Source: Hydrolagus colliei
Lineage: Eukaryota
DNA: 64,000 nucleotides
Direction of reading: 5' to 3'
NCBI GenBank assembly: GCA_035084275.1
Contig: CM068757.1
Location: forward strand, 15,872,001 to 15,936,000
In this document: in pieces, positions 1-13,200 of the stretch
Layout of the letters: each line of letters opens with the position of its first letter
Numbering within the stretch: position 1 is the stretch's first letter
Program-made: the position numbers and the translations under genes
The notes under the pieces: generated by a model
What the model saw: only the letters and a program-made list of their open reading frames with translations
Told to the model about the DNA's origin: nothing
Databases searched by the model: none

Positions 1-3000
1 CAAACATCCTGACCAAATAGGTGCGCGGTCCACATACTTTCACTAATCTTCCTGGTACCCACTTTACCCATTTGTGATGATGGTTCTTCACTTTAACTTT
101 TTTATTTATCTCCATCTTTCTGTCTTTCACCCTTACTCCATCATGGTTCTCTCTCTGCCTCTCCTGTTTTCCATCTACCGTTTGTGCTAAATTGGGATAC
201 AACAATGAAAATCTTGTTCTCGGGTGTCTTTTTAGGAACACGTCAGCCGGTGTTCTGCCTGTAGTGGTGTGAAGTGTCTTACGATACGTTATCAGAAAGT
301 TGGCTGGTTTGTGAGGCAATGATAATTGACTTTGGGGTTGCATCTCGCATTTGCTAACCTAGCGTCCGTTTGACAATTTGCACATTGCGCTCCGAAGCAC
401 CATTCAAAGCTGGATGGTATGCAGCTACTCTAGTGTGCTTCACACCATTCTTTTCCATGCATTGCGCGAACTCTTCTGAACAGAACTGTGGTCCATTGTC
501 AGACACGATTTCCTCTGGAAATCCATATGAAGCAAACGACCCTCTAACAATATCCAGTTTTGCTAGATATTGTTGTGTTCATCGGAAACACCTCAACCCA
601 CTTGGAATGACAATGTATCACAATGAACAACTACTATCCATCTAGATCAGCAAAATCTATCTGTAACCTTTGCCACACTCTGGCTGGCCATTTCCAGGAC
701 CGTAGTGGTACTGTTAGTGGACTCCTTCCAACCGACTCACATACACTACACTGTTTTACTGTGTTTTCAATGTATTTATCCAACCCTGGCCACCATAAGT
801 AGTTCTAGCTAGACTCTTGGTCAGACACATCCCTCGGTGTTGATCATGAAGATCACCGAAAAACTGTTCTCTGTACCTTTCAGGGATAACAACTCTAGCT
901 CCCCACATGACACATCCTTGGTCATTTGACAATTCATGTCTCCTAACAAAGTATGGCCTAATTTCTTCTTCTGTCTCAGTTATATGACTAGGCCACCCAC
1001 TCACAATATAGTCATGCACCTTGGATAAAACCCTGTCCCTACGAGTTGTCTTGCTGATGTCACTTGATGTGACTGGCAGCTCCTCAATATGGGAAAAATA
1101 GAACACATCTTCCCTGTTGGATTTCATTTCTGATGCTAAGGGTAACTTCGACATTGCATCGGCATTACCATGGTCTGCTGACCTACGATATTGTAAGTCA
1201 TACTGGTATGCTGACAAGATCAATGAACATCTTTGCATTCTGGCTGCTGCTAGAGTAGGTACCTGTGATTTTGGATTTAGGATTGCTGTCAAAGGTTTAT
1301 GGTCTGTTTCAATGATGAATTTGCGACCATACAGTATTTGTGGAATCTCCTAGCTCCAAAAATCAAGGCCAAAGCTTCTCTCTCTATTTGGGCGTAGTTT
1401 TTCTCACGACTACTCAGGGTTCTAGAAGCGAACGCCCCTGTTTCAAATGCATCAGAGATAACTGCACCAACCCCGTATGGGGGGGCGTCACATGCTAGGC
1501 TTGATGGTCTTTGTGACATCATAGTGTACCAGCATTGTACCATCTATTAGATGTTTTTTACACGACTTGAAAGCCTGGTCACATTCACGTGTCCATTTAC
1601 ATGGCACATCTTTCTTCAAAAGCTCATCCGAGGGGTGTATAAAGGTTGACAAATTTGGAATGAATTTTCCATAATAATTCAACAATCCCAAGAATGATCG
1701 TAGCTCAGATGTGTTTCTGGGAATGGGCGCGTTCCTGATCGCATTGACCTTACTCTGAGTTGGGTGCAACCCATCTTTGTCTACCTTGAGCCCTAGGTAC
1801 TCTAAAGACTCTTTAAACATCTCACATTTGTGAGCCTTGACGCATACTTGGAGTTTCTCTAACCTTTGTTACACCATGTGTAGCCTTTCGTCATCAACCT
1901 GCCTATTTGGCGCAGAGATGACTATGTCATCAAGGTAGCATATTACCCCATCGATTCCCTCTAGAATCTGAGTCATGAACCCTTGGAAAATTCCTGGGCT
2001 TGACGCAACGCCAAATGGTAGCCTATTGTATTGATACAGGCCCATATGAGTGTTGATAGTCAAGTACGCCTTTGACTTCTCATCTAGCTCTAACTGTTAA
2101 TAGACTTTTGACAAGTCCATTTTAGAACATACTTTACCACCTACCAATGTGTTGAACAAATCTTCTACGTTTGGTAACGTGTCAGGTGGACTACACTCCA
2201 GAACTCGATTCACTGTTACCTTGTAGTCCCCACAGATTCTGATACTACCGTCAGATTTTGGAACTACAACAATGGAAGTAGTCCAATTACTTTGTTGTAC
2301 TTTACTGATAATGTTCTCCTTTTCCAGTCTTTTCAGTTCTTTTTCTACTTTTTCTCTCATTGCGTATGGCACTGGGCGTGGCTTATAGTGCCTTGTACGT
2401 GGGCCTTGCTTCACCTTGCACTCCTAAACTTGCTTTGTATCCGCTGATGGGTGCACCGGATTCACTGAACACCGTTGAATGCTTTTTTTCCCTCTCTTCC
2501 TGTATTGTGAACGAGATTTGCACAGGGAAAGTTTCTTGCCAATCTAATTTCAGCGAGTTCATCCAATTTTTACCAAGTAATGCTGTTTTTTCTCACTTCA
2601 CCACAAGAATTGGCAAATCTGCACATTGATCCTTGTATTTAACTGGAACACACACTCTACCCAAAACTGGGATGATCTCTCCTCCATAGTTGCGCAGCTC
2701 GACCCTTGCTGTTTGTAGCTTATTTTTGCTCAACTTTTCTCGGTGCAGTTTTTCAGACACCACACTGACTGCTGCTCCAGTATCAACTTCCATGATTACT
2801 GGGACTCCATCCAATGTTACTTGGACCTTGATGCTATGCAATTTGCTACTGGATGCTTTTGTGTTGTAGATCATGTTGATCTCCACTGGCTCCTCAGAGT
2901 CCTCACTCTCCTGGTGTCGCTCAACCGTATGCAGAAACTGACGTCTTTTCTTGACCGCATTCGTCCGCTTCGACTTGAAACAAGCCTTTGCAAGATGCCC

Positions 3001-4061
3001 AGTCTTATGGCACGAATATCACTCCACTTTCGTCAAAAGGCAAGATTGTGCTGGATGAGAACCCAGACATCGATAGCATGACTTTGAACTCGTCCCGCTA
3101 CTCTTCCCTCGTGGTCGATTCACAAGTGCTTTGAATTTCACTTTGCACACCTGCAGCTTGTTGACCTCCCCCACTGTTAGGCAATAGCTTGCTCGAACTT
3201 CTTTTGAATCTCTCTCAGCCATGTCCATAGACAAGGCAGTTTTACATGCTAACTCAAATGTTAGCTGTGACATTGTCATTAATTTGCTTTGGATACGGTC
3301 GCTCTTCAGTCTGCACACAAACCTATCTCGTAATGCAAGGTCCTGGAAATCTCCAAAATTGCAGTGTATCGACAGCTTTTTCAATGCTACGAAAAAACTG
3401 CCAATGGTTTCCTCTGGTAATTGACATCTGGCACCAAATCGGTAACTCTCTGCAATCTCTAATGGCTTTGGGTCATAGTGTTCTGTAAGCTTTTCAAGGA
3501 TGTCCTTCAATGGGGTGTCCTTAGGCTTAGTTGGGGTTAACAAATTCTTCACTGTTTCATACACATCGGGACCCACTTCTGTCAGAAAGATTGCTCTCAT
3601 TCTTTCTTGCACTGCTGTATTTACACTTCCAGAATTATCTTCAGCAGCTTCAATTTCAACAATATTATTGGCAGCAAAGAACATCTCCAAACGCTCAATC
3701 TAAGCACTAAACATTTCCCGGCTTTGTTGAAACTCACCCAATTGTCCGATGTATCCGATGGGAGTCTTCATTTGGGGATTTTTTTAATCAGTACCACCAC
3801 ACGTGAACACAAACCTTACTGGATTTGTAGCTCTCAATCAAAATGAAAGTATTCACAGACCTCTAGGCACTTTGTAGAGACCTTCTCCTACAAACAGACA
3901 TAGCTAGGGAATCCACTATCCCATCCTCATCACCAATTTGTGATATATCTGGGACTACAAGTATCAGAAACGTTCAGGCTGCAATGTTATGGAAAACAAC
4001 TGCACATATCATGTGGTTTATTTACATTTCTATACACTGGTCAGCAGATGGCACTCTCACA
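1..4061 (-). mobile_element. Ty3/Gypsy (Mag-like) LTR retrotransposon, decayed, copy 1 (3' end outside the window)
   Basis: Minus-strand gag (CYRCLGSHPAQSC knuckle), protease (EVDTGAAVS), RT (RICGDYK, RLPFGVASSP, YLDD), RNase H (ACDA..YGVGAV, IEREALA) and integrase remnants, broken by frameshifts and stops; 5' LTR 3939-4061. Confidence 0.95.
3939..4061 (-). repeat. 5' LTR of Gypsy copy 1 (123 bp)
   Basis: TGTGA...TCACA termini; AATAAA on the minus strand; matches 33981-34103 and 52800-52922. Confidence 0.9.
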
Positions 4062-4171
4062 AACCTGAAGTTTCTTTTGAAATTGGATGATGCTTTAGGA
4101 GAACTGCACATTATACTTGTGCACCAGATCATTTTTGCTAAGCAATCTCTCTTTTCCAATGTTGTCAACAG

Positions 4172-4213
4172 CATTCACCACAGAGCCATCGACAACCTTC
4201 TCTACAACCACAG
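4172..4213 (+). CDS. Type A PTS micro-exon, 42 nt: (A)FTTEPSTTFSTTT (uses second AG of a former NAGNAG acceptor)
   Basis: gttgtcaacag|CATTC...CCACAG|gtagtt; the same variant follows each Gypsy copy. Confidence 0.55.
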
Positions 4214-7200
4214 GTAGTTGTGTTATTATCAGTCCTGGAAACCTTGGCAAACTTCACTTCAATACAGAGTCCTCGTAAAAATAGCCACTATGATAACTTA
4301 TCCTCTATTTCTACTGAAATTTGATGCAATATATTTCTCATCATTGCATTCTAACACCAACAACTGCAACAGCAGCAGCCCCCACTACAATAACAGGTAA
4401 ACAAAGAACAAATTCCAACTCTCCATTCCAGAACAAACATCTTATTAACTATAAACTTCCATTGTATATTTGCCATCCTGTAAGAATGCAGCCTCTATGA
4501 TCATTACACAAACGATGTGTCCTGTCCCTTATGTCCTACTGGATTCACATGGACCACATTTTTAAATGTACGTTAGATATTGGGTTTCTTTCTTCTTGTT
4601 ATTGGTGATGGAGGGAAACAGCTGATATTAATCCTGCAGCAGTCACCAGCTTCTACCCATTTTATGGTTAGTGCCCGGCAGACATCACTTCCAAATCTTG
4701 TTGAATGTATAACCACAGGAATTGTGCCACTAACTATTCAAAGGAGCCTCTTCGTGCGATGTTCCGACTTGCTTCATTCATTCACTCATGTTTTTCGACT
4801 CAATTGTACATCCTTCTATTTACTGCAGGCGATGTCCAGAACACACCAGCAAGTAAGTGTTGTCTTCACACACCTTGTGCTACGGGGATGTAGGAAGATA
4901 TTAAACAGATGATTAATTTGATCTTGAGGGGTTTATCTTTTGAAACTCGATGAATGATTTAGCAGACTTGAACATCAGACATGTGCACAAGATCACATTT
5001 GCTAAGCAATGCCTCTTATCTAATATTGTCAGCAGCATTCCCCACAGAGTCTTCGACAACATTCTCTACAACAACAGGTATTTGTGAAATTTTCAGTCTT
5101 GGTGTCTTCATCAATCTTTACTTTGATACAAAACAGCAACCATCATATGCTAACCTCGAATTCTGTTGAAGGTTGATGCAATATATTTCTCCTCAACCTC
5201 TTACTTTCTAGCACCAACAACTAAAACATCAACAACCCCCTCTACGACAGCAGCTAAACAAAGAACAACTTCCAACTCTACATTTCCTGAGCAAACATCT
5301 ACTTGATTGTCTTCACATTTCTCTATTACTGTCACAATCGCCCTCCTTTAACTCATTGTTATCTCATTCTCTACGGTTTCCACAGGATGCGCACGCATGT
5401 CTTCATCAACAACCACCACTGAAACTGGTGAGGAACAGCACATTTCTACAGACACAACTGTTACATATCACATAGAGAAATCAGGCTACAAGAATCCTGC
5501 CATTGGCTTTGCCCAGAACAGCAGCCACTCTCCCAGTATCAATGCCAAACACTAGCTCAAACTTCAGCTTCAAGCAACTGAAAGAGGAGAATCATCTGAA
5601 GCATTCAGTCCGATTGCTCCACATTTATTCCTTCAAATTCTCACTTTAGAGAAACATCAGAAAACACTCTGACGCAATGCTCAGCAACACTCTTCACTCC
5701 AACAACAGTTGTAGCCACATTAACTGCCTTTCACTCAACTACTTGAATTACCCATGCACACTTTGTCCAGAGCAGTCTCCAATGCCCATTTTTCCATTGA
5801 TACTATGTTGAATGGAAACACTTGAAGCTTGCTTCTGGAGGTTCCTGGACCAATCTTTCTCAAGAAGCAGCGCAGCTGCTAATGAACAACACACCTGGCA
5901 CTGCCACATTGCCTCTATTGTGTATCAATAGCAGCAGTAAACCACACGACCAGCCACTCCATTTTGTTTCCCTGCTGTGACATTAATTGTGCCCATTCAT
6001 GCTGCCAACTCCATTGAAAGACAAAAACTAGCTGGAAGAATCACATTCGTTTCTGTGCTTTCCAATCTTTCCAACTTTCTATTCCAACAGAAACATCAAC
6101 AGCCACGACTTCGACATCAGGTATACAAAGAGCAGAAGCTTCTCTCCTCCCATTTACGGTGTAATATCCCCTTTGACCACCTGTGATTCAAACTTCCATT
6201 AACTATTTGCCATCCTGTAAGAATGTATCCTCTGTGAGCATTAGACAAATGAAATGTCCTTTCCCTTATGTCCAGCTGGAATCACACAGCACTTTTTCAC
6301 ACGTACTTTAGTTATTGGGTTTCTTTCTTCTTGTTAGTGCTGATGGAGGGAAACAGCCAATATTAACCTTGCAGCAGATACCAGCTTCTGCCCATTACCT
6401 GGTGATCGCAGGGCCAGAAACATTTCCAAATCTTGTTGAGGGCGTAACCACAGGAATTGTGTCGCGAGATATTGAAAGGAGACTCTCAGCATGATGTTGT
6501 AACTTGACTCATTCATTCACATTTTTCCACTCAATTCTAAACCCTTCGATCTACTGCAGACATTGCCATGGACAGAGCAATAAGAAAGGTGGCACTAGCA
6601 CAGATAGTGCTTCCGGGATGTAGAAAGATATCAAACAGATGATTGAATTGAACTTCAAGCGGTTTTCTTTTGAAATTTGATGAGTGATTTAGAAGAACTG
6701 CACATTATTCTTGTGCACCAGATCATTTTTGCTAAGCAATCTCTCGTTTCCAATGTTGTCAGCAGCATTCACCTCACAGGCATCGACAACCTTCTCTACA
6801 ACCACGGGTATTTGTGTTATTGTCATTCTTGGTGCTTTCATTCAATACAGCGTCATCGTAAAAATAGCCACTATGATAAATTAACCTCTATTGCTACTAA
6901 TATTTGATGCAATATATTTCTAGTCAGACATGATAAATACCACTTTTTATTTTGCAGCACCAACAACTGCAACATCAACAATACCCACAACAACAACAGG
7001 TAAACAAGGAACAACTTCCCACTCTCCATTCCAGAACAAACATCTACTTGATTGTCTTCACTTTTCTCTATTAAAGTCACAATCGCGCTCTTCATTGTTA
7101 TCTCTTTTCCTATTGTTTCTATTTGATGCGCACGCATGTCTTCATCAACAACCACCACTGAAACTGGTGAGGAACAGCACATTTCTACAGACACAACTGT

Positions 7201-10200
7201 TACATATCACATAGAGAAATCAGGCTACAAGAATCCTGCCATTAGCTTTGCCCACAACAGCAGCCACTCTCCCAGTATCATTGCCAAACACTAGCTCAAA
7301 CTTCAGCTTCAAGCAACTGAAAGAGGAGAATCATCTGAAGCATTCAGTCCGATTGCTCCACATTTATTCCTTCAAATTCTCACTTTAGAGAAACATCACA
7401 AAACACTCTGACACAATGCTCAGCAACACTGTTCACTCCAATAACAGTTGTAGCCACATTAACTGCCTTTGATTCAACTACTCGAATTACCCGTGTACAC
7501 TTTGTCCAGAGCAGTCTCCAATGCCCATTTTGCCATTGATACTATGTTGAATGGAAACACTTGAAGCTTCCTTCTGGAGGTTCCTAGACCAATCTTTCTC
7601 AAGAAACAGCGCAGCTGCTAATGACCAACACACCTGCACTGGCACAATGCCTCTATCGTGTATCAACAGCAGCAGTAAACCACACGACCAGCCACTCCAT
7701 TTTGTTTCCCTGCTGTGACATTAATTGTGCCCATTCATGCTGCCAACTCCATTGAAAGACAAAAACTGGCTGAAAGAATCACATTCATTTCTGTGCTTTC
7801 CAATCTTTCCAACTTTCTATTCCGACAGAAACATCAACAGCCACGACTTTGATATCAGGTATAAACGAGCAGAAGCTTCTCTCTTCCCATTTACGGTACA
7901 ATGTCCTCTGTGTCCACCTGTGATTCAAACTTCCATTAACTATTTGCCATCCTGTAAGAACACAGCCTCAATGAGCATTAGACAAACGATATGTCCTTTC
8001 CACTATGTCCTGCAAGAATCACATAGACCATTTTTTCACGTGTAATTTAAATATTGGATTTCTTTCTTCTTGTTAGTGCTGCTGGAGGGAAACAGCCAAT
8101 TTTATCCCTGCAGCAGATACCAGCAGCGGACACCATTACCTGGTGACCGCTGGGCAAGAAACATTTCCAAATCTTGTTGAGGGCACAACCACAGGAATTG
8201 AGTCACTAGATATTGAAAGGAGACTCTTTCATGACTTAGCATGATGCTGTAACTTGCCTCATTCATTCACGTTTTTCCACTCAATTGTAAAACCTTCGAT
8301 GTACTGCAGACATTGTCATGCACAGACCAATGAGAAGGTTGTGTGTTCACACAGCTAGTGCTACCAGCATGTAGAAAGATATTAAACAGATGATTGTGTT
8401 CAACTTGAAGCTTTTTTTTTTCAAATTTGATGAGTGATTTAGGAGAACTGCACATTATACTTGTGCACCAGATCACTTTTGCTAAGCAGCGTCTCTTTTC
8501 CAATGCTGTCAGCAGCATTCACCACAGAGCCATCGACAACTTTCTCAACAACCACAGTTATTTGTGTTACTGTCAGTGCCTTTGTCAACCTTCACTTCAA
8601 TACAATGTCCTCGTAAGAATAGCCACTATGATAACTTAACCTCTATTTCTACTAAAAGTTGATGCAATATGTTTCTCATCATTACATTCTAGCACCAACA
8701 ACAACTACTACAACAGCAGCCCCCACTACAATAACAGGTAAACAAAGAACAAATTCCAACTCTCCATTCCAGAACAAACATCTTATTAACTATAAACTTC
8801 CATTGTATATTTGCCATCCTGTAAGAATGCAGCCTCTATGATCATTACACAAACGATGTGTCCTGTCCCTTATGTCCTACTGGATTCACATGGACCACAT
8901 TTTTAAATGTACGTTAGATATTGGGTTTCTTTCTTCTTGTTATTGGTGATGGAGGGAAACAGCTGATATTAATCCTGCAGCAGTCACCAGCTTCTACCCA
9001 TTTTATGGTTAGTGCCCGGCAGACATCACTTCCAAATCTTGTTGAATGTACAACCACAGGAATTGTGCCACTACCTATTCAAAGGAGCCTCTTCGTGCGA
9101 TGTTGCGACTTGCTTCATTCATTCACTCACGTTTTTCGACTCAATTGTACATCTTCTATTTACTGCAGGCGATGTCCAGAACACACCAGCAAGTAAGTGT
9201 TGTCTTCACACACCTTGTGCTACGGGGATGTAGGAAGATATTAAACAGATGATTAATTTGATCTTGAGGGGTTTATCTTTTGAAACTCGATGAATGATTT
9301 AGCAGACTTGAACATCAGACATGTGCACAAGATCACATTTGCTAAGCAATGCCTCTTATCTAATATTGTCAGCAGCATTCCCCACAGAGTCTTCGACAAC
9401 ATTCTCTACAACAACAGGTATTTGTGAAATTTTCAGTCTTGGTGTCTTCATCAATCTTTACTTTGATACAAAACAGCAACCATCATATGCTAACCTCGAA
9501 TTCTGTTGAAGGTTGATGCAATATATTTCTCCTCAACCTCTTACTTTCTAGCACCAACAACTAAAACATCAACAACCCCCTCTACGACAGCAGCTAAACA
9601 AAGAACAACTTCCAACTCTACATTTCCTGAGCAAACATCTACTTGATTGTCTTCACATTTCTCTATTACTGTCACAATCGCCCTCCTTTAACTCATTGTT
9701 ATCTCATTCTCTACGGTTTCCACAGGATGCGCACGCATGTCTTCATCAACAACCACCACTGAAACTGGTGAGGAACAGCACATTTCTACAGACGCAACTG
9801 TTACATATCACATAGAGAAATCAGGCTACAAGAATCCTGCCATTGGCTTTGGCCAGAACAGCAGCCACTCTCCCAGTATCAATGCCTGGCTCAAACTTCA
9901 GCTTCAAGCAACTGAAAGAGGAGAATCATCTGAAGCATTCAGTCCGATTGCTCCACATTTATTCCTTCAAATTCTCACTTTAGAGCAACATCAGAAAACA
10001 CTCTGACACAATGCTCAGCAACACTCTTCACTCCAACAACAGTTGTAGCCACATTAACTGCCTTTCACTCAACTACTTGAATTACCCATGCACACTTTGT
10101 CCAGAGCAGTCTCCAATGCCCATTTTTCCATTGATACTATGTTGAATGGAAACACTTGAAGCTTGCTTCTGGAGGTTCCTGGACCAATCTTTCTCAAGAA

Positions 10201-13200
10201 GCAGCGCAGCTGCTAATGAACAACACACCTGGCACTGCCACATTGCCTCTATTGTGTATCAATAGCAGCAGTAAACCACACGACCAGCCACTCCATTTTG
10301 TTTCCCTGCTGTGACATTAATTGTGCCCATTCATGCTGCCAATTCCATTGAAAGACAAAAACTAGCTGGAAGAATCACATTCGTTTCTGTGCTTTCCAAT
10401 CTTTCCAACTTTCTATTCCAACAGAAACATCAACAGCCACGACTTCGACATCAGGTATACAAAGAGCAGAAGCTTCTCTCCTCCCATTTACGGTGCAATA
10501 TCCCCTTTGACCACCTGTGATTCAAACTTCCATTAACTATTTGCCATCCTGTAAGAATGTATCCTCTGTGAGCATTAGACAAATGAAATGTCCTTTCCCT
10601 TATGTCCAGCTGGAATCACACAGCACTTTTTCACACGTACTTTAGTTATTGGGTTTCTTTCTTCTTGTTAGTGCTGATGGAGGGAAACAGCCAATATTAA
10701 CCTTGCAGCAGATACCAGCTTCTGCCCATTACCTGGTGATCGCAGGGCCAGAAACATTTCCAAATCTTGTTGAGGGAGTAACCACAGAAATTGTGTCGCG
10801 ACATATTGAAAGGAGACTCTCAGCATGATGTTGTAACTTGACTCATTCATTCACATTTTTCCACTCAATTGTAAACCCTTCGATCTACTGCAAATATTGT
10901 TATGGACAGAGCAATAAGAAAGGTGGCACTAGCACAGCTAGTGCTAACGGGATGTAGAAAGATATCAAACAGATGATTGAATTGAACTTCAAGCGGTTTT
11001 CTTTTGAAATTTGATGAGTGATTTAGAAGAACTGCACATTATTCTTGTGCACCAGATCATTTTTGCTAAGCAATCTCTCGTTTCCAATGTTGTCAGCAGC
11101 ATTCACCTCACAGGCATCGACAACCTTCTCTACAACCACGGGTATTTGTGTTATTGTCATTCTTGGTGCTTTCATTCAATACAGCGTCATCGTAAAAATA
11201 GCCACTATGATAAATTAACCTCTATTGCTACTAATATTTGATGCAATATATTTCTCCTCAACTTCTTACTTTCTAGCAACAACAACTAAAACATCAACAA
11301 CCCCCTCTACGACAGCAGGTAAACAAAGAACAACTTCCAACTCTACATTTCCTGAGCAAACATCTACTTGATTGTCTTCACATTTCTCTATTACAGTCAC
11401 AATCACCCTCCTTTAACTCATTGTTATCTCATTCTCTACGGTTTCCACAGGATGCGCACGCATGTCTTCATCAACAACCACCACTGAAACTGGTGAGGAA
11501 CAGCACATTTCTACAGACACAACTGTTACATATCACATAGAGAAATCAGGCTACAAGAATCCTGCCATTAGCTTTGCCCACAACAGCAGCCACTCTCCCA
11601 GTATCATTGCCAAACACTAGCTCAAACTTCAGCTTCAAGCAACTGAAAGAGGAGAATCATCTGAAGCATTCAGTCCGATTGCTCCACATTTATTCCTTCA
11701 AATTCTCACTTTAGAGCAACATCAGAAAACACTCTGACACAATGCTCAGCAACACTCTTCACTCCAACAACAGTTGTAGCCACATTACCTGCCTTTGACT
11801 CAACTACTTGAATTACCCGTGTACACTTTGTCCAGAGCAGTCTCCAATGCCCATTTTTCCATTGATACGATGTTGAATGGAAACACTTGAAGCTTGCTTC
11901 TGGAGGTTCCTGGACCAATCTTTCTCAAGAAGCAGCACAGCTGCTAATGAACAACACACCTGGCACTGCCACATTGCCTCTATTGTGTATCAATAGCAGC
12001 AGTAAACCACACGACCAGCCACTCCATTTTGTTTCCCTGCTGTGACATTAATTGTGCCCATTCATGCTGCCAACTCCATTGAAAGACAAAAACTAGCTGG
12101 AAGAATCACATTTGTTTCTGTGCTTTCCAATCTTTCCAACTTTCTATTCCAACAGAAACATCAACAGCCACGACTTCGACATCAGGTATACAAAGAGCAG
12201 AAGCTTCTCTCCTCCCATTTACGGTGCAATATCCCCTTTGACCACCTGTGATTCAAACTTCCATTAACTATTTGCCATCCTGTAAGAATGTAGCCTCTGT
12301 GAGCATTAGACAAATGAAATGTCCTTTCCCTTATGTCCAGCTGGAATCACACAGCACTTTTTCACACGTACTTTAGTTACTGGGTTTCTTTCTTCTTGTT
12401 AGTGCTGATGGAGGGAAACAGCCAATATTAACCTTGCAGCAGATACCAGCTTCTGCCCATTACCTGGTGATCGCAGGGCCAGAAACATTTCCAAATCTTG
12501 TTGAGGGCGTAACCACAGGAATTGTGTCGCGAGATATTGAAAGGAGACTCGCAGCATGATGCTGTAACTTGCCTCATTCATTCACGTTTTTCCACTCAAT
12601 TGTAAACCCTTCGATGTACTGCAGACATTGTCATGCACAGACCAATGAGAAGGTTGTGTGTTCACACAGCTAGTGCTACCAGCATGTAGAAAGATATTAA
12701 ACAGATGATTGTGTTCAACTTGAAGCATCTTTTTTTCAAATTTGATGAGTGATTTAGGAGAACTGCACATTATACTTGTGCACCAGATCACTTTTGCTAA
12801 GCAGCGTCTCTTTTCCAATGCTGTCAGCAGCATTCACCACAGAGCCATCGACAACTTTCTCAACAACCACAGTTATTTGTGTTACTGTCAGTGCCTTTGT
12901 CAACCTTCACTTCAATACAATGTCCTCGTAAGAATAGCCACTATGACAACTTAACCTCTATTTCTACTAAAAGTTGATGCAATATGTTTCTCATCATTAC
13001 ATTCTAGCACCAACAACAACTACTACAACAGCAGCCCCCACTACAATAACAGGTAAACAAAGAACAAATTCCAACTCTCCATTCCAGAACAAACATCTTA
13101 TTAACTATAAACTTCCATTGTATATTTGCCATCCTGTAAGAATGCAGCCTCTATGATCATTACACAAACGATGTGTCCTGTCCCTTATGTCCTACTGGAT

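Noticed and set aside
5250-5260. GC-type donor rescuing donor-dead type B exons
   Set aside because: gctaaa is far from the GC-AG consensus (AG|GCAAGT) and would give a 41-nt frameshifting exon.
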